Shown here: positions 9,295 to 19,677 of the stretch, in pieces
How positions within the stretch are numbered: position 1 is the stretch's first letter
How the letters are laid out: every line of letters begins with the position of its first letter
Notes under the pieces: model-generated
What the model was told of the DNA's origin: nothing
Database searches by the model: none
The model's input: the letters and a program-made list of their open reading frames with translations, nothing else
Assembly (NCBI RefSeq): GCF_039555335.1
Contig: NC_092647.1
Span: 18,820,946-18,884,945, forward strand
Direction of reading: 5' to 3'
Source: Amphiura filiformis
Lineage: Eukaryota
Length of the DNA: 64,000 nt
Program-made: the position numbers and the translations under genes

Positions 9295-10810
9295 TATGTA
9301 AGAGTTGAAACCTAATCAGATCTGATAATTTAACACAATTTGCTGTCTTGAATTTAATACAAAAATAAACATAAACATTTCTGTCGACAGTGTTTGTTAA
9401 AGTTCCTTTAATGATGACTAAGTGCAATTACTAAGCTAAAAGAACAGTATGATATTTGATTGGACCACAACTATTATCAACGTTCAACAGTTCAATATTT
9501 ACTTTTCTTCAACAATCCCAATAAACATACATATGAAAGGAAGTAACCTAACAATATACTTAGCATGATCGTCGTGTAAAGCCGTCAAATATACAGTATT
9601 TAGCAAAAGTGGGTGTTCTTGATGTATTTATCAAAAGCACACTCTGCCAATTAAATTATAATGAACTTCTAAACAAAACTGGATTCAACATCAAGCCAGT
9701 TTACTATGTTTATAATACCATCTCAAAATATTCACGTTTTGTGTAAATATTTTTACAAAACAAAGGACTCCAGACTGAGTCCTCACTCAGGTCCACCAGG
9801 CTGAAAGAAGTAATTCTGTTGGGTCAACTAGACCATGCAATATACAAAACAGAGAACCGTAAAAAAGAACACCTAAATTACCATGCTGCACATTATGAGA
9901 ATAAACTGGGTTTGCTGCAACCATGTATTGTTTGCTTTCGTTTGCAATACATTATAACATGCGCATCTACAATATGGTTCAATTGCAACAAGTTTAAGTG
10001 TACTTACTTGGAAGTGAGCTTAGAGGCTCTCGGATATGACCAGTTAAACGTTTCAGTTGTAGATTGATCACTGCCGTAATCCTGGAATTGACAATTATAA
10101 TTATTTGCTGAGCTTCGAGTGTATTTAACGTAAAAACGTACTTCCACAGCTACTGGATATGGTGGTTTTACGTGCGTTTTTAAAATACCACTGCCCTGTC
10201 CTATGATTCCACATGAGAGTGAACAATAATTAAGTAGGCTATATGTTATCTGGTTTTAAGCAACGCGTCCAAAGGTCGATCGATATGCATACACGATGTA
10301 GAGATTGAAGCTGTGTAATGCACGTTTTTGAATATTGCTCATTGTTCTACTTATTTTGATTGACAGCTACTTAAAGTACCTCTAATGAATGTAAACATGT
10401 ATGTATTGCTTGGAATGAGAACATGATACATTGCGTCGTGATTATGATTGAGTTGAAATCACTTGTATTTCACCGTCAGATTTGTCAAATCCATTTTGTT
10501 AATTGGTAGATTACATTTTGAATCAGGATATCAAGCGGAAACTAGAGCCTCTGCCCTCAATTCGTACATTTTATCAACATCGTTTAATTGCTGGCATATT
10601 CTAATACGCCTAACCTTCTAAAGAAAGAGAGTTTTAGGCTATACATACAACATATACAAAGAATAATAATATGCGTGAATCAAACAGCATGTGTATAAAT
10701 ATTAACTCTATAATCTTTATGTAAAAGTTTTACAAAAGATTTCTGTATCTTTTACGCTCGCTTGTGTAATTTTATTATGATTCTTATGAATTTCTTCTTT
10801 CACATTGGAT
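9295..10810 (+). repeat. intergenic spacer segment A (copies at 24240-25300, 31060-31900, 37255-38170, 49930-50720), ending in a relic finger-like sequence
   Basis: Multi-hundred-bp identity among the five copies, all in + orientation. The terminal CACATTGGATGTGTGAAGAGCTTTATGTGCAAGG resembles a degenerate ZF unit. Confidence 0.5.
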
Positions 10811-10869
10811 GTGTGAAGAGCTTTATGTGCAAGGATATCGATAAATTATTAAAATTTGTATATATCACC

Positions 10870-11350
10870 ATACCAATCCGCCGTTGTGGGGCTTTGTTAG
10901 TCTCGGGCCCAGCCGATTTGTGCTCCTTCGTCACTAAACAAACCGTCTGGCGACAACCTCATAGTACGTCTTTTCTGGTTGGCTGAACCTCACCTCACGA
11001 AAAAGTTAAGACGGTCAAAATTGGCATGCAGCTGTTGCGATTACATAAATCCACACAAGTACGTGCGTGCGCGCTGTGAGTCGCTGACATGAAATGCGAT
11101 ATATCAGACAATTGGCACCTGAATGTCTGCTCAGCTAGCGTACATTTCGCGTTTGCGGTATCTGCAAATAGTCATGATAGTGGAGGACCTGTCACTTACC
11201 CAAGTCACGTCCTTTTGCCAATTGAAAACAGTTTTATTTGCAAATTCATTAACCACTCGGTCATCGTCATTTCACGGGTTGTCGCCGGACGGTTTGTTTG
11301 GTGACAGAGGAACACAAACCGGCTGGGACCGAGACAAGGGCTTTGTTTGC
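10870..11350. repeat. inverted repeat with arms of about 80 bp separated by a loop of about 310 bp
   Basis: 10875-10960 (CCGCCGTTGTGGGGCTTTGTTAGTCTCGGGCCCAGCCGATTTGTGCTCC..) is the reverse complement of 11268-11345. Confidence 0.45.
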
Positions 11351-12099
11351 GTTTTAGCATACCCACTTATAAGGGTTTAATCGTCCAATTTATTGGACAA
11401 GGGTTTTAAAATAAAATGCAATTCGTGTTGTTAAGGTATACGTTACACAGTGTCATCGCCCCGATATCTTCATGGCAGAAATCGCCATGATGGTGAATCC
11501 ACTAACTTCTTCAACAGCCGCGCATGGCCATTTTGTTCCGACCTGTTTAATAGTTTTGAGACTATGGGCCGAGGGATCTCCGACTAAGGTTATTGACAAT
11601 AGCCTTGGTTACTGATCTGTGTAGATGTCAGTGAGCCTGCTACGTCATCTGCCTTAGACTATTTCCTGCTTTAGTCTACATTGCGCTACTACCGTGTTAT
11701 GTTCTGTAACCCTGCAGGGTTGACGAACACGCAGTCCTTTTTTTCTTCTGCACATATAAAATCCGAATTTTTGTCATTTTTTGATTTCAAAACGCACGGT
11801 TGTTTATCAATACGCACGAATGCAGCTATCATGTTTTAACAACACATATATTCAAGTGCAAGCCTTAAAATTGATTTCTTTGGAAAGCAAAAATGACGGA
11901 AGATATTCATCATTTTCTACCCCGGTATCCAAAGATAGCAGATACACCACCCTACGCTAGTGCTGCACTCGGCTGCCCAACTGTCTAGCTCTTTGGTGTT
12001 TAGATCTATTGCAATTAGCCCCATGATTAAACATCAAGTTATATCATGAGAGCGTTCATACAATGTCGTTTATATTTACTTATAAACTCAGCTCATGAT

Positions 12100-12715
12100 G
12101 AATGAAATTGAACTGTCATTGAACTTTCAAAGCAAACTGTTAAAGATACTTGAAAAGTTATCACGTTGATCCACACTATTTTATTTTAATATTTTCTCTC
12201 GTTTAGATAATGCTGTTTGGAAAGAATAACTTTTCTTATGTGACTTTTGAACTTGAACTTGAATTTGAGCATTTGAACTTGAATCTTTCAAAGCAAAACA
12301 GTGTTCATAGCATGAAATTCATGTATGAATTGGTGAATTTTGTCATCTATGATTTTACATCATGAAATTGTTTATAAACTTTATTTATCTTTGAACTTCC
12401 ATAGCAAACTATTAAAGATACATGTTTCCAGAGCTTTTTTGGTGAAAAGTTACCTCATTGTTCTCCAATATTAATTTTAATATTGCTCTCGCTTTGATAA
12501 TGCTGTTTGGAAAGAATAACTCTTCTTATGTGACTTTTGAACTTGAACTTGATCATTTGAATTTGAGCATTTGAACTTGAGCATTTGAATTTGAGCATTT
12601 GAACTTGAATCTTTCAAAGCAAAACAGTGTTCATAGCATGAAATTCATGTATGAATTGGTGAATCTGTCATCTATGATTATGCAACATGAAATTGTATTT
12701 AAACTTTATTTATCA
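12100..12715 (+). repeat. tandem repeat of about 310 bp x2 containing a (GAACTTGAGCATTT)n minisatellite; possibly the 5' UTR of the adjacent LINE
   Basis: 12180-12400 and 12480-12715 are near-identical. CR1-type LINEs often carry tandem-repeated 5' UTRs. Confidence 0.55.
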
Positions 12716-12960
12716 TTTCCAGAATGTACTTGGTGATCATCATGTTTATTCATATCCATATTGCTTAAATTTATCTCGTATTGAAATGTATTGTGTGTGT
12801 ATTTTCCCCACATTTTCCCATTATGTTTCCTCATTTATATATTTTTTTCTCTCGTTTACATATATTTCTTATTTGTTTTATTTACTTACCTAGGTACTTT
12901 AAATTCATTCTTGTACTGTTTAATTCTTTGTCGCCTTTTATTGACTATCTTTAATTATTA

Positions 12961-15540
12961 ATGTTTTTCTTATTTATTCAATCTCTTATTTATTTATTTA
13001 TTTATTTACTACTTATTTACCATTATACTTTTTTTTCTTCTTCTTACCCTGTCATTTGTGCTCTATCATTCATTATTATTCTTGGTAGGTTTCCGCCTCA
13101 CACCACCTGTGTTTCTACTGCCTTAACTTCTTTTAGTGTATTAAACCCTCTTGTTTTTGTATTAAGTGTTTTTCGTATCTATATAATTGTTGTATGTTGG
13201 TATTTTATGGCAGAAAAGTGTAATAATTGCTGTAAATTGATTTTAAGACATCATTCTCATATATCATGTACTTCTTGTAATTATTTATATCATACCCGTT
13301 GTGTTTATACTGATGTTGACAATCACCTAGATTGGTTTTGTTTCAAATGTACTGGTAACCTTTTCCCTTTTAACCATTATGTCGATGACGACGAGTTCAG
13401 ATTTGCCTTATTTTGTTTTGACAATACAATTGAGTTTAATCGTATGCTTAGTTTGAAATTAAATCCCTTTAACTTTGAAGATATGTTTCGGACATCATCC
13501 AATGAATCTATTAATTTGAATGAGCACACAAGCCCTCTCAATAATTGTTCTTATTTATTTGACAACGATATTACCTGTTCAGGTGATAATGATTTTTCAA
13601 TTTTGCATTTCAATTCACGTAGTCTCAACAAAAATTTTGATAACATTCATAGCTTTATTTCTGGACTAAGTCACACTTTTACAATTATTTCCATTTCAGA
13701 AACGTGGTTAAATGATGACAATTTTAATATGATTGATATTGAAAATTATGTTCTCGTTAATGCACCCCGACAAGGTAGAAGAAGCGGTGGCTCTGCTATT
13801 TATATTCATGATTCAGTTGCTTACCGTGAAAGGGAAGATCTTAAATTAATTGTTGAATCATCTGATGACATCGACCACTCTGAGTCTGTATTTATTGAAA
13901 TTTTAAATTCTGTTAACAAAAATATAATTGTGGGTAATATTTATCGTGCACATCGTACTAATGTAAATATGTTCCTTACTGACTTGGAAAATTGTGTTGC
14001 TAAATTGTCGTGTGAAAATAAGCAGTGTTATGTTTCTGGCGATTTTAATTTTGATTTATTACAGTATACTAACAATAACACAATTAATGATTTTCTCAAT
14101 ATTTTTTACAATAATAATATGCACCCACTGATTGACAGGCCTACTAGAATAACACCCACTACCGCTTCTTTACTTGACAATATTTTTACAAATGTCCTCA
14201 CACACCAAATAAAATCTGGTATTTTCGTTAGAGGCTTAACTGATCATTACCCTATTTTTCAAATTACCAAATCTATTCCTCTTACACACCCACGCCACCA
14301 CCAGCATACAACATATCGTTTAATTAATCAAAATAGAATCCGAAATTTTCAGAATCATTTAAAACTGGTTGATTGGAATTTTGTTGAAAACATAGGTTCT
14401 TGTGAGCCTGCCTACATGGCTTTTCTTAATAAATTTTCTGATTTATATAACATTCATTTTCCCTTGAAATCGTCTCGCTCTAGTAGTTCCAGTAGTCGTC
14501 GAACTCCTCGCAAACCGTGGATTACAACAGCTGTCCTTAAATCTATTGTTCGAAAGGAAAAACTTTACAGAAAGTATGTCGGTCATCCAACAGAGTCTAA
14601 TAAAACGAATTATCATGTTTATCGCAATCGACTGACTTCTATCATTAGGTCTTCCAAAAAAGATTACTACGCTGAGAAACTAGAGAATTGTAAAAATAAC
14701 TCAAAACGAACTTGGAATATTTTAAATTCCATTCTAGGTCGCCAACATAGGCTTGATCTTCCAACCATGTTTAACATCAATAACGTTTCAACTTCGGATT
14801 CTCAGCATATTGCAGATAATTTCAATTCATATTTTGTTAATATTGGCTCTAAATTAGCTAGCAAAATTCATCAACCAAATACTGATTTTCGTGAATTTTT
14901 AATTAATGCTCATTCTCCTGTTAACTCACTCTTTTTTTCACCCACCAACTTCGATGAAGTAGTCAATCTTTGTATGGCACTGAAGCCTGGGGCAAGCTGT
15001 GGTCATGATGAAATCAAACCCGAGGTTATTAAAGCAGTCAGCACCTTAATCGCAACCCCACTTGTCCACATTTTTAATTTATCCCTGTCTTCTGGTTTTG
15101 TTCCCCACCAACTCAAGATCGCTAAAGTTGTTCCCATTTTTAAGATGGTGATCGCCACGATTCTTCCAATTATAGACCAATTTCAGTTCTTCCTGCTTTT
15201 TCAAAAGTTCTTGAGCGTCTGGTCCACAAGAGGTTGTACAATTTTATTTCCCGATTTAATCTACTTCATAACTCCCAATTTGGTTTTCGTTCTAACCGTT
15301 CCACATCTATGGCCATCATGGAAGTCTACAATAAAATTGTTAACGATCTCGATAACAAAAATCACGCCCTTGGTATCTTCCTGGACCTCTCGAAGGCATT
15401 CGACACGGTTAACCATGATATTCTTTTTTCAAAACTCGCTCATTACGGTATTCGTGGGAATGCCTTCGATTGGTTCAGGAGTTACCTTACTGATAGGTCC
15501 CAGTTCGTTAACTTTAATCATCGTAAATCAATTCATTTGA
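12961..15540 (+). CDS. LINE-1 ORF: PHD-like finger, APE-type endonuclease and RT N-terminal region (real start probably ATG at 13207)
   Basis: PHD-like CNNCCKL..HHSHISCTSCNYLYHTRC..CFKC. Endonuclease motifs FNSRSL, SETWL, SGDFNFDLL, LTDHYPIF. The first 80 aa are low-complexity and not credible. Confidence 0.75.
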   Translation: MFFLFIQSLIYLFIYLLLIYHYTFFSSSYPVICALSFIIILGRFPPHTTCVSTALTSFSVLNPLVFVLSVFRIYIIVVCWYFMAEKCNNCCKLILRHHSHISCTSCNYLYHTRCVYTDVDNHLDWFCFKCTGNLFPFNHYVDDDEFRFALFCFDNTIEFNRMLSLKLNPFNFEDMFRTSSNESINLNEHTSPLNNCSYLFDNDITCSGDNDFSILHFNSRSLNKNFDNIHSFISGLSHTFTIISISETWLNDDNFNMIDIENYVLVNAPRQGRRSGGSAIYIHDSVAYREREDLKLIVESSDDIDHSESVFIEILNSVNKNIIVGNIYRAHRTNVNMFLTDLENCVAKLSCENKQCYVSGDFNFDLLQYTNNNTINDFLNIFYNNNMHPLIDRPTRITPTTASLLDNIFTNVLTHQIKSGIFVRGLTDHYPIFQITKSIPLTHPRHHQHTTYRLINQNRIRNFQNHLKLVDWNFVENIGSCEPAYMAFLNKFSDLYNIHFPLKSSRSSSSSSRRTPRKPWITTAVLKSIVRKEKLYRKYVGHPTESNKTNYHVYRNRLTSIIRSSKKDYYAEKLENCKNNSKRTWNILNSILGRQHRLDLPTMFNINNVSTSDSQHIADNFNSYFVNIGSKLASKIHQPNTDFREFLINAHSPVNSLFFSPTNFDEVVNLCMALKPGASCGHDEIKPEVIKAVSTLIATPLVHIFNLSLSSGFVPHQLKIAKVVPIFKMVIATILPIIDQFQFFLLFQKFLSVWSTRGCTILFPDLIYFITPNLVFVLTVPHLWPSWKSTIKLLTISITKITPLVSSWTSRRHSTRLTMIFFFQNSLITVFVGMPSIGSGVTLLIGPSSLTLIIVNQFI

Positions 15541-16370
15541 ATACAAGTTGTGGAGTTCCACAGGGCTCGATCTTAGGCCCCTTATTATTCATTTTATATA
15601 TAAATGACATTGTGTTTACAAGTAAATTCTTCTCATTTGTCATCTATGCTGATGACACTAATTTATTGGCTTCACATAAAAATCTCCATCACCTCATACA
15701 TTCAGCTAATATCGAACTTACAAAAATTTCCACATGGCTTAAAGTAAACAAACTTTCCCTTAATATTAAAAAGACCACGTATATGTTATTTAAAAACAAA
15801 CACAACACGCGCTTAACGTATCCAGACACCATATCAATAAATATTGAAAACAAACCTATCTCAAGGGTCTCTCACACAAAATTTCTCAGGATAATTCTTG
15901 ATGATTCTCTAACATGGCATCAACATAACACTTATATTACAAATATTGTTTCGAAGTATTCAGGTATCCTTTATCGTCTTAAACACATACTTTCTGGCTC
16001 AACGTTATTTTCTCTTTATTCTAGTTTGGTTTTACCACATATTCAATATTGTAATATCATTTGGGCCGACAAGAATAATTGCTATTTACAATCTATTTAT
16101 CTCAAACAAAAGAAAATTGTCCGTTTATGCACCAACTCACATTACCTTGCACACACACAACCTTTGTTTAAGAGATTAAATACACTTACAGTCTTTGATA
16201 TTTACAAATATCAAATTTCCCTCTTATGTATAAGTTCAAAAGTGGCTTACTCCCAAATATTTTCACTGATTATTTTAAGAAGAGTAATACCTTCCATTCT
16301 TATGGAACCAGGTCAGCTGAACTGTATAGACCTCACAACTTCAGAACAGATCTTGCAAATAACACAATGA
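15234..16370 (+). CDS. LINE-1 reverse transcriptase (post-frameshift segment)
   Basis: [42 protein letters not shown] (YxDD) motifs. Confidence 0.8.
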   Translation: MYNFISRFNLLHNSQFGFRSNRSTSMAIMEVYNKIVNDLDNKNHALGIFLDLSKAFDTVNHDILFSKLAHYGIRGNAFDWFRSYLTDRSQFVNFNHRKSIHLNTSCGVPQGSILGPLLFILYINDIVFTSKFFSFVIYADDTNLLASHKNLHHLIHSANIELTKISTWLKVNKLSLNIKKTTYMLFKNKHNTRLTYPDTISINIENKPISRVSHTKFLRIILDDSLTWHQHNTYITNIVSKYSGILYRLKHILSGSTLFSLYSSLVLPHIQYCNIIWADKNNCYLQSIYLKQKKIVRLCTNSHYLAHTQPLFKRLNTLTVFDIYKYQISLLCISSKVAYSQIFSLIILRRVIPSILMEPGQLNCIDLTTSEQILQITQ

Positions 16371-16818
16371 AAAGACAGGGTCCATTAAGTTGGAATGTAA
16401 TTGATCTCAATATTCGTAACTGTAACACCGTTAAATGTTTTAGTAACCTGTATAAAGATTATCTTGTATCACAATATGAGTTGTAATTAGATTGCTTCGG
16501 GATTTATCTATTCATCATGTTGATTTCCAATAAATATTTTCTTGACTTGTGTCTCGTAAAACCATTATTTATTATCATGATTATACTGCCATTGCCAACA
16601 TACTTGTCTGTCTCACCTGTGTTGTCCTGTCTCGTTTTGCACATTGTAGTTTTGTCGCTTTATAATGTCTCTTGTCTCTGCACGTAGTATTTAAGTTAGC
16701 TCTCTCATAAATTTCTTTCAGGGTGGCCAAACTTGTACGAGCCTTGTGCTCTTTTTTGGTCATCCCTCCATTAATTGCGTTTGTTTTCGATTTATATGAT
16801 AAATTTATATGGTAAATA

Positions 16819-16850
16819 AACTGAAACTGAAACTGAAACTGAAATATAGT
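16819..16850 (+). repeat. (AAACTG)5 microsatellite, the 3' tail of LINE-1
   Basis: Read directly. Confidence 0.8.
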
Positions 16851-17799
16851 TATCAAATTTCATTTATTAAAGTAGAAACGCAATGCCTTTCATTTTAAAT
16901 ACTCATAAAATATGTTTAATAGCATAGCATAAGATGATTAATGTAGCTTTTCAGTCAGTGCACCAAACATTTGCAGATTGGTTTTTGATTTGGTTTCTAA
17001 AATTTAATGATGTCTTTTCCAAAATTGCACATACTTGCTAACAAATCGCAGCCTTGTAGGCATACTTGTAGTATGTCTTTTTGAATTTGTACTCATTTTG
17101 TGGGACAGGGACAAATAGCATAATATTTTGAGGTTTACTAAAAAGTTTGGCTAACCCAGCCAGGGTACAATGACCTTACTATTGACAAGGCTTTTTTCTA
17201 TGTCATGAACGATCTAGACCCAGGGTCTTTGGTGTGAAAATAATGGCATACCCAGTGGAGTAGTGTTTATACCCTCATGGAAGGGACAGATTTTCTTAAT
17301 TTTTTTGATCAATAGTAGGTGGGTATGTTCTAGTATCTTTGCCACTGAGCTCCATGCTGTTGATGGGCAAATAATGGTGATGCAAAGGGATAAAATCTGA
17401 TGTAGTGAAATTAGTAGTAAAATGTTGAAAAAGTATTAAAAAACACTGAGAAGAACAAATTGCTGCTAGAATTGTCAGCAGTAATTTCTTTTGAGCAGGA
17501 AAAAAACAAATTTTGTTGAGCGTTTTAATGGTAGGCCTGCCCAATCATGCTGAAAGTCACGCCTCTTAGTCTTAGCTCCTCTTGTTGAAAGCAACGACGT
17601 GTAGGCTTATGCAGCACTGGCACATATTAGGGAGTGTTCAGAATTACCTTGGTGGGGGCGGAAAATATGTGGGGGTCATAAAATTGTTGGAATTCTGAAT
17701 AGGGGGTTAAAAACGTTTTAGGCGTGTAAACAGGGGGGTTAAAACGTTATTTAGCACATAGAAGGGGGGAGTGTAAAAACTTAAACTTAAAAATACAAA

Positions 17800-18110
17800 A
17801 TTGAGGTCAAAGGTCAAATGTTGAAATGGACCCGAATTAACTTGGTGCAAATCATCTTTGATACGAGGGGAGCATATGCAAAAGTCAACCTGAGGTTACC
17901 CAAGGCGAAAGGTCAAATGAGGTTACATGTTAAAATTTGTCCGATTGGGCTTAAACTTGATGCAAAGAATCCTTAATATGAGCTAGGGAACATGAAAAGT
18001 CAATCTAAAGTTACCCAAGGTCAAAGGTCAAATGATGTCAAATGTTGAAATGGGCCCGATTGTGCTTAAACATGGTGAATATCATCTTTGATGTCAGGGG
18101 AACATGAAAA
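17800..18110. repeat. tandem repeat of about 105 bp x3 (AAGGTCAAAGGTCAAATG..ATGGGCCCGATTG..CATCTTTGAT units)
   Basis: Three successive related blocks. Related to the 3476-3720 array. Confidence 0.6.
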
Positions 18111-18489
18111 CGTGAAGATAATGTTAAAAGTTAGGTTAGAAAATATTTCCATTATATTCATTACATTTCTCTTTCATGTGACACCACTAAAAGGGTCATA
18201 CCTTCTTGAAATTTAAAAATATGTCCATTTCAGACAAAAACGTTACTAAGTGCAGAAATAAGGAAGTCATGAAATAAGGAAATAACATAAACTAACATAA
18301 GCTAACACTATCTTACGGTTCACCAAAAAAAAAGCTAATACCTTTTCATGGTTCTCAAAAACACTACTACACATCACTCAACCAAACCTTTCAACAAAAC
18401 GCCAAACGATATATTAGGCTCCTGACTGAGCAACAGTTGCTCTAGTTCTCTTTTGAATTAGCTCGTTCATATAGTTTTAAATGAGTTAT

Positions 18490-18794
18490 ATTTTGGGGTA
18501 TAGTTTTGGTAAAAACGTTTTAATAACATTAAAATGTCGGGTTATACAAAGGTCATCAAAACGTTTTTAATACATATTAAAACACACTACAACGAACTTG
18601 TTGTCAAAATGTTATTGTAAAATGTTTTTGCAAACATGTTTTAACAAATATTTCGTCAACACCTAAGTTACATTATGTTATAAAAACGTTTTATACTCTT
18701 TATATACCTTTTATATAACCCGACATTTACACGTTTTTTGGCAATCTTTTTAACCTTTTGTGAATGTTGTCGGAAACGTGTTGTGTTTGCTGGG
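18490..18794. mobile_element. partial MITE-a (right TIR GTGTTTGCTGGG at 18783-18794) forming the 3' end of ZF gene B
   Basis: TTATATAACCCGACATTTACACG..GTGTTTGCTGGGG junction abutting a finger. The same junction is found at 26817-26828 (gene C). Confidence 0.55.
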
Positions 18795-19230
18795 GCGTCT
18801 TTTTGGCATGACTTCGCTCATGTGTTTTCAAATTACCTGACTTTGTGAAGCCTTTGTTGCAGTATTGACATATGTAAGGCTTCAATTTAGTATGAATTCG
18901 TTCACGTGTTTTCAAGTTACCTAACTGCATGAAGCCTTTGTTGTAGTATTGGCATATGTAAGGCTTCTCTTTGGTATGGATACATTCATGTCTTTTCAAG
19001 CTACCTGACTGTGTGAAGCCTTTGTTGCAGTATTGGCATAGGTAAGGCTTCTCTTAAGTATGAATTTGCTCATGTGTTTTGAAGTCACTAGACTGTGTGA
19101 AGCATTTGTTGCAGTATTGGCATATGTAAAGCTTCCCTTTGGCATGAATTAGTTCATGTGTTTTCAAGCTACCTGACTGTGTGAAGCATTTGTTGCAATA
19201 TTGGCACATGTAAGGTTTCTCTTTCTTATT

Positions 19231-19501
19231 GTTTGTTTGTTTGTTTGTTTACCCAGGTTGGTCCGTGAGGAACACATGCTAATCCATGGAAAACCATGGA
19301 CAGTTCCAAGCTCATACAAATGCACAAGCCTGGATAGCCAGTGTAGGCTAATATATGCATGTTGGCCTAGATAGCTTTGATAAACAAAGCAAGAAATGGA
19401 AGAAAATAGCTAGGAAAAAGAGAAAAGAGAGAAGGCCACTCCCAAACACAATTGTACAATTTTACTCTTAGCCCTTACTTCGTGAGAAAGGAAACTGGAA
19501 T
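19231..19501 (-). mobile_element. insertion of about 270 bp into a finger of gene B, with a (TTTG)5 terminus; SINE-like, family unknown
   Basis: The ZF consensus TTCTCTTTCGTATGAATTCGTTCATG is split between 19230 and 19502 by unrelated sequence that starts with TGTTTGTTTGTTTGTTTGTTT. Confidence 0.4.
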
Positions 19502-19677
19502 TCCAATCTGAATTCGTTCATGTATTTGTAAGTTCCCAGATTGTGTGAAACCTTTGTTGCAGTATTGGCATATATAAGGCTTCACTTTGGTATGGATACG
19601 TTCATGTCTTTTCAAATAAACAGAATGTGTGAAGCCTTTGTTGCAGTATTGGCATAGGTAAGGCTTCTCTTTTGTAT

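Larger units (their letters stand above)
12716..16850 (+). mobile_element. near-intact non-LTR retrotransposon (LINE-1; CR1/L2-superfamily-like) with a microsatellite 3' tail
   Basis: PHD-like C4HC3 finger, APE endonuclease, RT motifs and a single 1-bp frameshift near 15150. No poly-A. The element ends in (AAACTG)5. The 5' boundary is uncertain. Confidence 0.7.

Noticed and set aside
12961-13206. First 80 aa of LINE ORF 12961-15540 (MFFLFIQSLIYLFIYLL...)
   Set aside because: Low-complexity AT-rich read-through upstream of the first credible ATG (13207), probably 5' UTR.
16581-16856. ORF 16581-16856(-) with QFQFQFQF
   Set aside because: Translation of the (AAACTG)n LINE tail and 3' UTR.
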